A stretch of DNA of 64,000 nucleotides, from contig JAHFDA010000008.1 of the NCBI GenBank assembly GCA_023249225.1, forward strand, positions 4,331-68,330, read 5' to 3'. The position numbers were made by a program, and so were the translations under genes. Shown piece after piece: positions 51,188-60,801 of the stretch (positions are counted from its first letter, which is position 1; each line of letters opens with the position of its first letter). Source of the DNA: a bacterium. Lineage in GTDB: Bacteria; Margulisbacteria; Marinamargulisbacteria; JAHFDA01. The notes below the pieces were generated by a model. That model ran no database searches, had not been told where the DNA came from, and saw nothing but the letters and a program-made list of their open reading frames with translations.

Positions 51188-53656
51188 ATGGCTGAACCCG
51201 CAGGCTTGCCCGGGGGGGCACAGAACAGTTGTCGTTTAGAAGCTGCGTCTGCGACAAATATTTCTGCTGCTACTTCAAAAAACGCTCACCTGCTAAAAAA
51301 AATATTCCGGCATGGTTGGCCTGGTATTTCAGATCTTCAAACGGCCTTACAAAAAATCGACTTGATTTCAGACACATTCATGGCGCTAAAAAACCGCATG
51401 ATGGTCTTTAAAATCATTGACCAGGCACTCAAAGCCGAGCAACAAACACCCCTGCAAACGCAACAACGCGGTTCGGTTTACAAATTTCTGATGGCTTACC
51501 AACAAACCCTTTGGGCCGATCAACAGGGTTTAAGCGAAACAGCCCCTCCCCCAGAAGAAGCGCGCTATGCGCTTGCCAGAGCCCTGCAGCTTGTACAAAC
51601 GCTGGATGCGCCTGCCCAGGACTTGGTGAGTACGCTGCTGTTTTCGGTCATCAACCGGCACCAGACTTTTTTTGATCTGCGTCAAAATGTCCGCCACATT
51701 GTGTGTAGCCCATCCTGGCAAGAGCCGAAAGACGCCGATCAAAACGCGTTTAACCCGCACCAGGGAAATTTTGATTTTGAAAAATACCTGCTTAGTCAAA
51801 GGCGCTTGTATCCACTGCCCGAGCCAGATTACCAGGCAATCTTACAGGCTGATCAATGGCAGCGTTTGGATCCATTGCTTTCTGACCCAGCCCCTTTTAA
51901 GCCGATCAATCAATTTGATTGGGAGCTCCCTCGCATCCGCTGGTCGCTCGACAACCCTTCTTTAAGACCCAAAGCACTGCAGATCCCCAGTCCTTTGGTG
52001 GTCTTTCAGCAGTATTATCAGCTTAGTGCTAAGGCCAATGCCCCTGGCCAGTTTAATTTGACGGATGATTATCCAGACCCTTTTATGCTGGATGCCTTTA
52101 TCGGTGACCTGGAAGATTTTGCCAACGCGGTTTCGCCCGAATATGAATCCATGCTTGAAAACGCGGAAAGCACGACGCCTACCGAGGACGAAGTTAAAAA
52201 TAATCTATATGACCTTGATCAAGTCGTCGATGATTATTACAACACATTTGATGATCTTGTGACCCAGGCACAAAGTTTTGACGAACAGGCTCACGTGCGG
52301 GGAACCTACGAGCACAGTTGGTTTTTTAATATGGAATTTCCGGGCTGGTTTGCTTACAGCGCCTTTGGCGGGCACCGTGATGTGACGGCTTTAAGCGGAT
52401 CCGTGGGATACGACATCACTGATCTGCCGACTTCGGACTTTGTTGAAAACAATCCTGTCGATTCAGTTTTTTTGGCTCAAGATGTTTCGGCCAGTTTAGA
52501 AGCTGCTTACACAGACTTGTGGGTAGATAATGATTTTGCGAAACCTGTGGGTCTTGAGTTTTTATTTTTTAAAAAACACCCTTTTGGATTTGACCTTTAT
52601 TCTAGTGACGTGGCTGAAAAAAAAGTAACGTATTCTTTTGACTACACCGCGCAGTTACACGACGTCACCGAAACCAGCCTGGATTTTTCCCATCAGTATG
52701 AAATTCGCAAAACAGTCGACTTTTTGCGTTACAAAGATTGGGATGCGCACTTATTTTCTGACCATCACCTTGAACCCTGGCTAGACCTGCGCTTTGACGT
52801 TTTTTTAAACAATAAATATGCCGGATGGGATCTTGACTACACACAGATCGATGGATATTCGTTTCAGACCATACCTTGGGCCGAAGAAATTCCTGAAACC
52901 GCATACGACATTCCCAAGTATGTAAAGTACGACAACGATATGACCCTTTCGCCTTATGCTACCTACCGGTTTTATCCGCAGAACAAAGCCATGCAGTTGC
53001 AGCTGCTTTTAAGCGGACATTACCATATCGGTTATGACGCCATGCAAATTTACGGAGTTTCGGCTTATCAATGGATTGGCATGCCCTTTTCAAACCAATG
53101 GGTTTTGCCTGACCTGAATGTCTATGGCGAACTGATGCATTCCTGGAGCCCCGGTCAACCTTTAGCCAACCAAGCGCTTTATCGCGGTCGGGTGGGAGCC
53201 GTGTTTTCTAAAGATGGCATGCAAACGCGGCTCGATCTCACCCGTCGTTTTTATGAAGAATATCAGGTTGAAAATGAACCCCTTTATAAAGATATAAAGG
53301 TCATGGAACTCACACACCTGCACCAGTTAAACACGGTTGCTGGCGTAGGCGTGGCGTTTTTGCTTCCAGAAGCAACCCTGGCTTTAGAAATAGCTTCGCC
53401 CCATGGCGTTTTAAACTTTTATCACACCGTGGACGGAAACTTTCGCATTAGCGAAATTGATTTTGGCATGCTCGACTTTTTATCCGTCTCGCATGCCAAG
53501 CACCGTCCGTATTTTGATTTGATTGGTTCTTACCAATATCGTTATGACGAAATCACCATCCTGGGTCAAAAAATTCTCGTGCCGCCAGAAAACGCAGTTG
53601 AGCGCATCGAAGAGCAAGGCACGCTCATGTTCGGATTTCGGACGAGTTATCGGTAA
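51188..53656 (+). CDS. Large hypothetical protein, paralog of 49181-51145 with an extra approximately 280-aa N-terminal region
   Basis: 822-aa ORF. VDDYYNTFDDL...FPGWFAYSAFGG matches INDYYANWEDI...FPGLFTYDAWWG in the paralog, with colinear matches through to the C-terminal ...LMFGFRTSYR. Confidence 0.65.
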   Translation: MAEPAGLPGGAQNSCRLEAASATNISAATSKNAHLLKKIFRHGWPGISDLQTALQKIDLISDTFMALKNRMMVFKIIDQALKAEQQTPLQTQQRGSVYKFLMAYQQTLWADQQGLSETAPPPEEARYALARALQLVQTLDAPAQDLVSTLLFSVINRHQTFFDLRQNVRHIVCSPSWQEPKDADQNAFNPHQGNFDFEKYLLSQRRLYPLPEPDYQAILQADQWQRLDPLLSDPAPFKPINQFDWELPRIRWSLDNPSLRPKALQIPSPLVVFQQYYQLSAKANAPGQFNLTDDYPDPFMLDAFIGDLEDFANAVSPEYESMLENAESTTPTEDEVKNNLYDLDQVVDDYYNTFDDLVTQAQSFDEQAHVRGTYEHSWFFNMEFPGWFAYSAFGGHRDVTALSGSVGYDITDLPTSDFVENNPVDSVFLAQDVSASLEAAYTDLWVDNDFAKPVGLEFLFFKKHPFGFDLYSSDVAEKKVTYSFDYTAQLHDVTETSLDFSHQYEIRKTVDFLRYKDWDAHLFSDHHLEPWLDLRFDVFLNNKYAGWDLDYTQIDGYSFQTIPWAEEIPETAYDIPKYVKYDNDMTLSPYATYRFYPQNKAMQLQLLLSGHYHIGYDAMQIYGVSAYQWIGMPFSNQWVLPDLNVYGELMHSWSPGQPLANQALYRGRVGAVFSKDGMQTRLDLTRRFYEEYQVENEPLYKDIKVMELTHLHQLNTVAGVGVAFLLPEATLALEIASPHGVLNFYHTVDGNFRISEIDFGMLDFLSVSHAKHRPYFDLIGSYQYRYDEITILGQKILVPPENAVERIEEQGTLMFGFRTSYR

Positions 53657-55334
53657 ACAGTTCTTTACTGACTTCAGCCATGAGCGGCGCAAGCACACCC
53701 GGTTTAAAGGGGTCTTCCAGACCTACCAAGCCGATCATTGCAAGAAAAGATTGGGTGCCGCCCAATTTGCATAAAGCCGTGTATACATCCATGGCATGTT
53801 TGGGATCCCTCCGACGCAGCAGCCAAAGCTGCAGGGCGCAGGTTTCGGCCAGTGCGTAATCAATGTAATAAAACGGTGAGGCATAAATATGCAGTTGCCG
53901 CTGCCACAGGCGCGCCTTATACGCTTCTAGTCCGCTAAAGTCATCTCCCGGAAGATATTCGTCCCACAAACTGGCCCAGCATTCAGCCCGTTTTTGCGCC
54001 GTCCAAGCGGGGTTGGAATATACGTTGTGCTGAAACTCGTCGACCAGGCAAATGTAAGGAAAATAAGTAACGGTCTGGATCAGGCGCTCTTTTTTAAACT
54101 TGTCCGCATCTTGAGCGTTAAAAAACATTTCCAGGTGATCCAGTGCCAAAAACTCCATGCCCATGGAATGAATTTCACAGGCTTCGTAGGTGGGAGATTG
54201 TAGCTCCACCAGATCAATCCACTGGCTTTCCCAGGCCTGAAAAGCATGGCCGCTTTCGTGCGTCAGAGCAGAAATATCATCGGCATCTCCGGTGCTGTTG
54301 CAAAACAGGCGTACCTTTTGCTCATCAGGCATGGTGATGCAAAACGCGCCGGCCCGCTTGCCTTTGCGGTTTTCTAAATCAATCAGCCCTTCGCGCTGCA
54401 TACGACGAAAGTGCTCGGCCAGTTTTGGGTGCAACGCTTCAAACAAGGCTGCCGCTTTTTCAAGTTGGCTGGCAGCGGGAACAATTTTGGAGGGCAGGGT
54501 TATCCCCGGGTAGTAGTCACGATTCCAGGGTTTCACCGACAAGGCCCCCAGCTGCTTGGCATGCTGGGCGCGCAATTTGGCGTAGACTGGGACACAGTGT
54601 TTTTTAACCTCGTCACGAAAATGTTTAACCTCGCGGGGCGTGTAATCGCTGCGGTTCATGGTGGTATAACCCAGGGGAATAAAATTGGGCAGGCCAATGT
54701 TGTCAGCCATCTGCTGACGTAAGGTCACCATCTCGCTGTATATGGCGTCCATTTTTTGGGCATGTTCAGCCCAAAAGAGCCGCAACTTTTCAAAGGCCGC
54801 CTGACGCGTGTTTTCGTCTTTTTCAATGAGCTTGGCCTGTAGCTGTGTCAGCGTCAGTTTCTCTCCGCCAAACTCAAACTCGGCCTGGGCCTTGATGCGG
54901 CTGTAATCCGAATACAGTTCTCCAATCTTGATCTGCTGCGGAATATTTACCGGATGGGCAGACGTTTCCTGCGCCTGCCAGATGTTAAAAACCTGCTTGC
55001 CCAGCTTGTTTTCGAGCTCCTTGCGGATGGGAGCATTTAAAACGACTTTGCGCGCTTCAGCATCGTACTGCGTGGCCAGCGGAATAATTTTTTCGCGAAA
55101 CCAACGCATGCGTGCCTCAACCTCTGGGTCAAGCGCATTGCTGGCTTCGGCCAGGTTGCGGCGGGCACTTTCGCCTTCGAGATAGGCTTTGATCTCGTTC
55201 CAATGCTGGATAAAGTCGAGCCACTCGGGCAGCGCCATAAACAAGCGTGCGGTACGCATGAGCAAATTCTGATAAAGTTCCTGAACTACGCTTTCCGTCA
55301 AGTTTGGCGGACGGGTGACATGATTGAAATGCAT
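53625..55334 (-). CDS. M3 family oligoendopeptidase (PepF-like)
   Basis: 569-aa ORF. HESGHAFQ zinc motif with a downstream E in YEACEIHSMGMEF. 3' end overlaps the convergent 51188-53656 ORF by 32 nt. Confidence 0.9.
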   Translation of the reverse strand: MHFNHVTRPPNLTESVVQELYQNLLMRTARLFMALPEWLDFIQHWNEIKAYLEGESARRNLAEASNALDPEVEARMRWFREKIIPLATQYDAEARKVVLNAPIRKELENKLGKQVFNIWQAQETSAHPVNIPQQIKIGELYSDYSRIKAQAEFEFGGEKLTLTQLQAKLIEKDENTRQAAFEKLRLFWAEHAQKMDAIYSEMVTLRQQMADNIGLPNFIPLGYTTMNRSDYTPREVKHFRDEVKKHCVPVYAKLRAQHAKQLGALSVKPWNRDYYPGITLPSKIVPAASQLEKAAALFEALHPKLAEHFRRMQREGLIDLENRKGKRAGAFCITMPDEQKVRLFCNSTGDADDISALTHESGHAFQAWESQWIDLVELQSPTYEACEIHSMGMEFLALDHLEMFFNAQDADKFKKERLIQTVTYFPYICLVDEFQHNVYSNPAWTAQKRAECWASLWDEYLPGDDFSGLEAYKARLWQRQLHIYASPFYYIDYALAETCALQLWLLRRRDPKHAMDVYTALCKLGGTQSFLAMIGLVGLEDPFKPGVLAPLMAEVSKELFTDNSSEIRT

Positions 55335-55368
55335 CCTTCAATTATAGCCCGCACTATTTAGACCTTAA

Positions 55369-57108
55369 TCAAAGGTCCAGTTCTTTTTGCAGTACCCGCA
55401 TCAACTTTGCAAGCACACCCGGTTTAAAGGGGCTTTGGAGACCGACCGTATTTAACAACTCCAAAAAGGGCTTGGTACCTCCTAGGCGGCACAGCTGCAG
55501 GTAAATTTTCATGGCGCGGGCGGGATTTTTGCGCTGGATCAACCAAAGCTGCAGGGCACAGATTTCAGCCATGGCGTAGTCGATGTAATAAAACGGATTG
55601 CCATAAATATGCCCTTGATATTGCCACCAATGCGCTTGGGTATTTTCATAATGGGTCCAATCTTCGCCCACAAGGTATTTTTTCCAAACCTGTACCCAGG
55701 CCTCTGCGCGTTTATCCGGAGTCCACTTGGGGTGTTCATAGACGTGGTGTTGAAATTCATCCACCACGCAACCATACGCCAATCCGGTAATGGCTTGCAT
55801 TAGCCGATCCCGCCTAAACTTTTCGGCATCGGCTTGGTTAAAAAAGACATTCAAATGGTCTAATGTCATAAATTCCATACTCACGGAAGGAATTTCACAG
55901 GCTTCATATGACGGGTTCTGCAGTTCCACATGCGGAATTGAAAAACTTTCCAAACTTTGAAAGGCGTGTCCACATTCGTGTGTCAGATCTAAAACATTCT
56001 CGGCCATACCCGTACTGTTGCAAAACAGGCGTGCCAGGTTTTCATCCGGAAAGTCCTCGCAAAAGAGTTCGGGGCTTTTTCCGGGGCGGTTTTCAATGTC
56101 TACCAGGTTTTCGGCATGCAAACGTTTAAAATGTGCGCCAAGGGTGGGGTGTAAGCGGCTAAACACGGATTGTAGTTTTTCCATCTGGGTTTCTACGGGA
56201 ACCATATCGGGAGGCAGGGCCACGTCCGGAAAAAAAGATCGGTTCCATGGTTTGACACTGCTTGCGCCTAGTTCTTTGGCCTGTTTTGCACGGAGCCTGG
56301 CAAGCAGGGGCACCACATGTTTTTGAATTTCTTTGCGGAACAGGGCTACCTGGCGCGGGCCATAATCCAGGCGTTGCAAAGTAGCGTAACCGAGCGGAAT
56401 ATAGTTTGGCAGATCCAGTTTACGGGCCATGGCATGCCGTAGACCCACCATTTGGTCATAGATATCATCTAATTTTTCACGCTGTTCCGTAAGCCACCGG
56501 GCACGCAATTCAAAGGCCAGCTGCCGGGTGGTTTCATTTGGATGCAGCAGCATATTTTGAACCTGGATGTGGCCGATACGCGTTCCGGCAAAGTCAAATT
56601 CAGATTGGCTGCGGGCAAAGTCATATTCATAGAACAATTCATCGATGCGTGTGACCTCGGGGATGTTTAAGGGATGGTCAGCGAGGTCATTAGCCTCCCA
56701 GACTGCAAACAACTGCGTTCCGACCCGTGCCGCGAGTTCACTTTGCAAGGGTGAATGCAACACGCGGCGGCGCACCTGGGCATCAAAGCGGGTGGTCAAA
56801 GGCGTCACGATTTCACAAAACCAGGTTTGGCGTCGTGCCGCATGGGTATCGCGGGTATCTTGTGATGCGGCAAAATAACGCCGGGATCTCTCGCTTTTAA
56901 AATAAGCCTTAATTTCGTCCCAGTGGTCGATATAGCCAAGCCAATCTTCGACCGTTTTTAGCCGGTGTCCCCGCACCCTTAACCCGGCATACAGGCGTTT
57001 AACGTCTTGGGCCCTTAGGTTTTTTGGAACCCGGATATAGCGGAAGCGTCCAGGCTCTGGCCCGGCATCACGTAGCGCCACGCGGCGAAAACACAGGCAC
57101 ATTGACAC
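55369..57108 (-). CDS. M3 family oligoendopeptidase (PepF-like), tandem paralog
   Basis: 579-aa ORF. HECGHAFQ motif. Colinear with 53625-55334 along its whole length (for example PFYYIDYA.AE.CALQLWL and KPWNR blocks). Confidence 0.9.
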   Translation of the reverse strand: MSMCLCFRRVALRDAGPEPGRFRYIRVPKNLRAQDVKRLYAGLRVRGHRLKTVEDWLGYIDHWDEIKAYFKSERSRRYFAASQDTRDTHAARRQTWFCEIVTPLTTRFDAQVRRRVLHSPLQSELAARVGTQLFAVWEANDLADHPLNIPEVTRIDELFYEYDFARSQSEFDFAGTRIGHIQVQNMLLHPNETTRQLAFELRARWLTEQREKLDDIYDQMVGLRHAMARKLDLPNYIPLGYATLQRLDYGPRQVALFRKEIQKHVVPLLARLRAKQAKELGASSVKPWNRSFFPDVALPPDMVPVETQMEKLQSVFSRLHPTLGAHFKRLHAENLVDIENRPGKSPELFCEDFPDENLARLFCNSTGMAENVLDLTHECGHAFQSLESFSIPHVELQNPSYEACEIPSVSMEFMTLDHLNVFFNQADAEKFRRDRLMQAITGLAYGCVVDEFQHHVYEHPKWTPDKRAEAWVQVWKKYLVGEDWTHYENTQAHWWQYQGHIYGNPFYYIDYAMAEICALQLWLIQRKNPARAMKIYLQLCRLGGTKPFLELLNTVGLQSPFKPGVLAKLMRVLQKELDL

Positions 57109-57212
57109 GGAAAATTATCGGAAAAACAGGTAAATTTATGCATCTTAATTAATCGACATACCAGAATCGCGTTAATTATAGAGTATAATATAAATGATAT
57201 ATTTATATTATC

Positions 57213-58355
57213 ATGATAAAACGAGCACAGATTTTAGCAGATAGCCAAAAATACAGTTGCTTTTTATGGGGTCCGCGGCAGGTTGGTAAGTCCACGCTGC
57301 TTAAGCAAATTTTTCCAAAAGCAAAGATTTACGACCTGCTACTGGCAAGCGAATATCAACGTTTGATCAATGATGTCGGTTTGATCCGCCAGGAGCTGTT
57401 GGCCGCAAATGATCATCGGTACCCAGTCATTATTGACGAAGTACAAAAGTGTCCAGCCCTGCTGGATGAGGTTCAGTGGTTGATCGTGAATCACAGTTTT
57501 CGTTTTATCCTGTGCGGTTCCAGTGCCCGTAAGTTAAAACAGACGGGTGCCAACCTACTGGGCGGACGGGCCGTACGATACGAACTTTTTCCGCTGGTGT
57601 CGGCCGAAATACCCAATTTTGATTTACTCAAGGCCTTAAACCACGGATTGATTCCGCTACATTATTTGAACGAGCAGCCCATGGTGCTGGCCCAGGCCTA
57701 TATTGGAACGTACTTAAAAGAAGAAATCGCTGCTGAAGCGCTAACCCGCAATTTGCCTTCGTTTGCCCGATTTTTGGAATCGGCCGCTTTTAGTAACGGA
57801 GAAATGGTGGTGTACAAGAACATTGCCAGTGACTGTGGTGTTTCGGCGCCAACGGTAAAGGAATATTTTCAAATACTCGAAGATACGCTACTGGGGCGGT
57901 TTTGTCCGGTCTTTCAAAAAAAACCTAAACGCAAGGTCATATTGTCGCCCAAGTTTTACTATTTTGATGTGGGCGTGGCTAACTTTTTATTAAAGCGTGG
58001 CCGTATTGAATGGGGCGGAGAGAATTTTGGCAAACCTTTTGAACACTTCATATACATGGAACTTTGTGCGTACAGTCATTATTCGGCCAAGCAGTTTTCG
58101 GTTGCCTATTGGCGCACCACTTCGGATATCGAAGTAGATTTTATTTTGGGTGATCATCAAGTTGCCCTCGAGGTCAAAGGCGTCACCCAGGTACAAGACA
58201 AACACCTGCGAGGGCTTAAGGCGTTTAATGAGGAATATACTGTAAAACAATCTATTGTCGTGTCCCTGGATCTCGCTCCCCGCCTATGTGGAAAGATTTT
58301 GGTGTTGCCTTGGAAGGATTTTTTAGCGCGATTATGGGCGGGAGAAATTGTGTAG
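57213..58355 (+). CDS. ATP-binding protein, AAA_14 + DUF4143 architecture
   Basis: 380-aa ORF. Walker A GPRQVGKST, Walker B VIIDEVQK, C-terminal EVDFIL...ALEVKG motif. The upstream 100 nt are very AT-rich. Confidence 0.85.
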   Translation: MIKRAQILADSQKYSCFLWGPRQVGKSTLLKQIFPKAKIYDLLLASEYQRLINDVGLIRQELLAANDHRYPVIIDEVQKCPALLDEVQWLIVNHSFRFILCGSSARKLKQTGANLLGGRAVRYELFPLVSAEIPNFDLLKALNHGLIPLHYLNEQPMVLAQAYIGTYLKEEIAAEALTRNLPSFARFLESAAFSNGEMVVYKNIASDCGVSAPTVKEYFQILEDTLLGRFCPVFQKKPKRKVILSPKFYYFDVGVANFLLKRGRIEWGGENFGKPFEHFIYMELCAYSHYSAKQFSVAYWRTTSDIEVDFILGDHQVALEVKGVTQVQDKHLRGLKAFNEEYTVKQSIVVSLDLAPRLCGKILVLPWKDFLARLWAGEIV

Positions 58356-58374
58356 TACGACAGGATTTCTAGAC

Positions 58375-58392
58375 TTTTTTGGCAGTCCCAAA
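58375..58392 (+). repeat. Copy 3 of the 18-nt motif TTTTYGGCAGTCCCAAR
   Basis: TTTTTTGGCAGTCCCAAA lies 20 nt after the stop of 57213-58355. The preceding GGATTTCTAGAC resembles GGATTCTCGAC before copy 1. Confidence 0.65.
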
Positions 58393-58429
58393 TTGAATAA
58401 AGTTACTTTGCCAGTTTATACTCTCGTCA

Positions 58430-59557
58430 GTGTCTAAACCGGCAGTTTTGTATCTAGAAGATGGCAGCCGCTTTGATGGTGATGCCTTTGGTTCAGAACG
58501 CGAGGTTTGCGGGGAAACGGTTTTTAATACTTCCATTACCGGCTACCAGGAAATATTGACCGATCCCTCCTATACCGGACAAATGGTAACCATGACCTAC
58601 CCGCATATCGGCAACGTGGGTGTTAATCCCGAAGACGCCGAATCTGCCAAACCCTGGGTCAGCGCCTTTATCGTTAAAGAAGCCAACGCCAGCTACTCCA
58701 ACTTTCGTGGCCGTCAAACCCTGGATGCGTATTTAAAACAACACGGCATTCCTGGTATCGAGGGCATTGATACGCGCGCACTGGTCAAACATCTGCGTGA
58801 TCGGGGGGCCATGCGCGGCATTGTTTCGTCGAGCCATTTTGACTCGGTTGCCTTGCTTAAAAAAGTCAAAGCCAGCCCCGACATGAATGGCCTTGATCTG
58901 GCCAAGGATGTCACCACAGATAAGCCTTATGTGTGGAACACCAGTTCGTTTGATAATTGCAGCCTGGTAGCCGACAACCTGCGTGTGATCGAGAAACGTA
59001 AAAAAGTAGTGGTTTTAGATTTTGGCGTTAAGCACAATATTCTGCGCCGCTTGTATGACGAAGGCTGTGAACTTGAAGTTCTGCCCGCTCAAACTCCAGC
59101 GGCTGAAATTCTTAAACGTAAGCCCGATGGCGTGTTTCTCTCCAATGGCCCCGGAGACCCGGCGGCGGTCACTTATGGTATTGAAACCACCAAGGTGCTG
59201 ATTCAATCTGGCCTGCCCATTTTTGGCATCTGCCTCGGTCACCAGATTCTTTCGCTGGCGCTGGGCTGCCGCACTTTTAAGCTTAAATTTGGGCACCGGG
59301 GTGGAAATCACCCCGTGAAAAACTTGTCCACAGGCGCTGTGGAAATTACCTCGCAAAACCATGGGTTTGCTGTGGATAGCCAAGGATTTCCTGTGGATAA
59401 GGTGGAAATCACACACATTAACCTAAACGATCAGACTGTAGAGGGTTTACGTCTTAAAGGTCGGCCAGTTTTTTCGATTCAGTATCATCCCGAGGCCAGC
59501 CCAGGACCGCATGATGCCTCAAAATATTTTGCACAGTTTGTGCAGTCGCTGTGCTGA
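58430..59557 (+). CDS. carA: Carbamoyl-phosphate synthase small (glutaminase) subunit
   Basis: 375-aa ORF (GTG start). [25 protein letters not shown] catalytic Cys, and HGFAV and QYHPEA triad blocks. Confidence 0.95.
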   Translation: MSKPAVLYLEDGSRFDGDAFGSEREVCGETVFNTSITGYQEILTDPSYTGQMVTMTYPHIGNVGVNPEDAESAKPWVSAFIVKEANASYSNFRGRQTLDAYLKQHGIPGIEGIDTRALVKHLRDRGAMRGIVSSSHFDSVALLKKVKASPDMNGLDLAKDVTTDKPYVWNTSSFDNCSLVADNLRVIEKRKKVVVLDFGVKHNILRRLYDEGCELEVLPAQTPAAEILKRKPDGVFLSNGPGDPAAVTYGIETTKVLIQSGLPIFGICLGHQILSLALGCRTFKLKFGHRGGNHPVKNLSTGAVEITSQNHGFAVDSQGFPVDKVEITHINLNDQTVEGLRLKGRPVFSIQYHPEASPGPHDASKYFAQFVQSLC

Positions 59558-60786
59558 CAGATTCTGAAACTTTAGAGTCACCTGGCCAAGCGGCCCGCCA
59601 AGTCGTTAGCGTGGCAGAAGCCAATGCCTACATTAAACAGGTGCTCGAAGGTGATGTATTGCTGCGCAATCTATGGATCGAAGGCGAGGTTTCAAATTTT
59701 AAAGATTATGGCTCGGGAGGACAGCTTTATTTTACGCTTAAAGACAGCGAAAGCCAGATCAACTGTGTGGTGTTTGCCAACTATCGCAACCAGATTCCAC
59801 ATGATTTAGCCGACGGACAAAAAATTACGGCGCGCGCCAGTGTGGGTGTTTACCACAAGCGTGGTTATTACAACTTGCAGGTCTATTACGCCGAGTCAGC
59901 GGGCACAGGGGCCCTGGCGCAGGCTTTTGAGCGGCTCAAAAAAAAGCTTCATGCCGAGGGCTTGTTTGATTCGGAGCGCAAAAAAACCTTGCCTCAATTT
60001 CCGCGTGTCATCGGTGTGCTGGCTGCGCCGCAGGGTGCCGCTGTGCGGGATATTGTGCAAATTGCCCAGCGCCGCGATGCTACCGTGCAAATCTATGTCA
60101 TTCCGTCGCAAGTGCAGGGCGAAGGCGCAGTCGATTCTATTTGTGATGGCATTTTGCTTGCCAATCAGTGTGCCAGGCTAGAGGTCCTGGTGCTGGCGCG
60201 TGGCGGGGGTTCGCTAGAAGATTTGTGGGCCTTTAATGAAGAAGCGGTGGCGCGGGCAATTGCCGCGTCAACCATTCCGGTGGTATCGGCCATTGGGCAT
60301 GAAGTTGATTTCACCATTGCTGATTTTGTGGCCGACTTGCGCGCGCCCACGCCTTCGGCTGCGGCCGAACTGGCCATACCCGAGCGGGCGCAGCTATCTT
60401 TGCAGTTAGACGAGTACCATGAGCGCTTTCAAAACCGGCTTAAAAATCTACTCGTCTTAGGACACGAAAAACTTAAGGGCATCGAAAGCAGGCTGCGTGC
60501 GTTCAGCCCCCGTCAGGCGCTGATCCACATGCAAGAGCGGGTCAGGCATATAGAGCAACGCTGCCAACAGGCATTGCGCCAGAACTTACAGCAAAAAAAC
60601 CAGCGGCTTGTGCAGCTGGCCAAGACCTTTGAACTTTTAAATCCCCTGCAAATTCTGAACCGCGGGTTTTCGATCACGCGCCTGGCAGCCAGCGGAAAAA
60701 TCATCTGCAGGGCGTCTGACGTGCATGCCGGTCAGGAAATTGAAACCTTGTTGGCGGACGGGCATTTAACGTCGAAGGTGCTTTGA
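59551..60786 (+). CDS. xseA: Exodeoxyribonuclease VII large subunit
   Basis: 411-aa ORF (GTG start, 7-nt overlap with carA). N-terminal OB fold ([11 protein letters not shown]...GQLYFTLKD), [15 protein letters not shown] and [17 protein letters not shown]. Confidence 0.9.
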   Translation: MLTDSETLESPGQAARQVVSVAEANAYIKQVLEGDVLLRNLWIEGEVSNFKDYGSGGQLYFTLKDSESQINCVVFANYRNQIPHDLADGQKITARASVGVYHKRGYYNLQVYYAESAGTGALAQAFERLKKKLHAEGLFDSERKKTLPQFPRVIGVLAAPQGAAVRDIVQIAQRRDATVQIYVIPSQVQGEGAVDSICDGILLANQCARLEVLVLARGGGSLEDLWAFNEEAVARAIAASTIPVVSAIGHEVDFTIADFVADLRAPTPSAAAELAIPERAQLSLQLDEYHERFQNRLKNLLVLGHEKLKGIESRLRAFSPRQALIHMQERVRHIEQRCQQALRQNLQQKNQRLVQLAKTFELLNPLQILNRGFSITRLAASGKIICRASDVHAGQEIETLLADGHLTSKVL

Positions 60787-60801
60787 ATCAACTTGGAAAG
60801 A

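Noticed and set aside
59392-59400. Perfect DnaA-box-like TGTGGATAA, and the possibility of an oriC near mnmG-parAB
   Set aside because: It is a single box inside the carA coding sequence. I saw no cluster of DnaA boxes or an AT-rich unwinding element in the mnmG or parA upstream regions, and dnaA is not in the window. The window is probably origin-proximal, but oriC itself is not demonstrable here.
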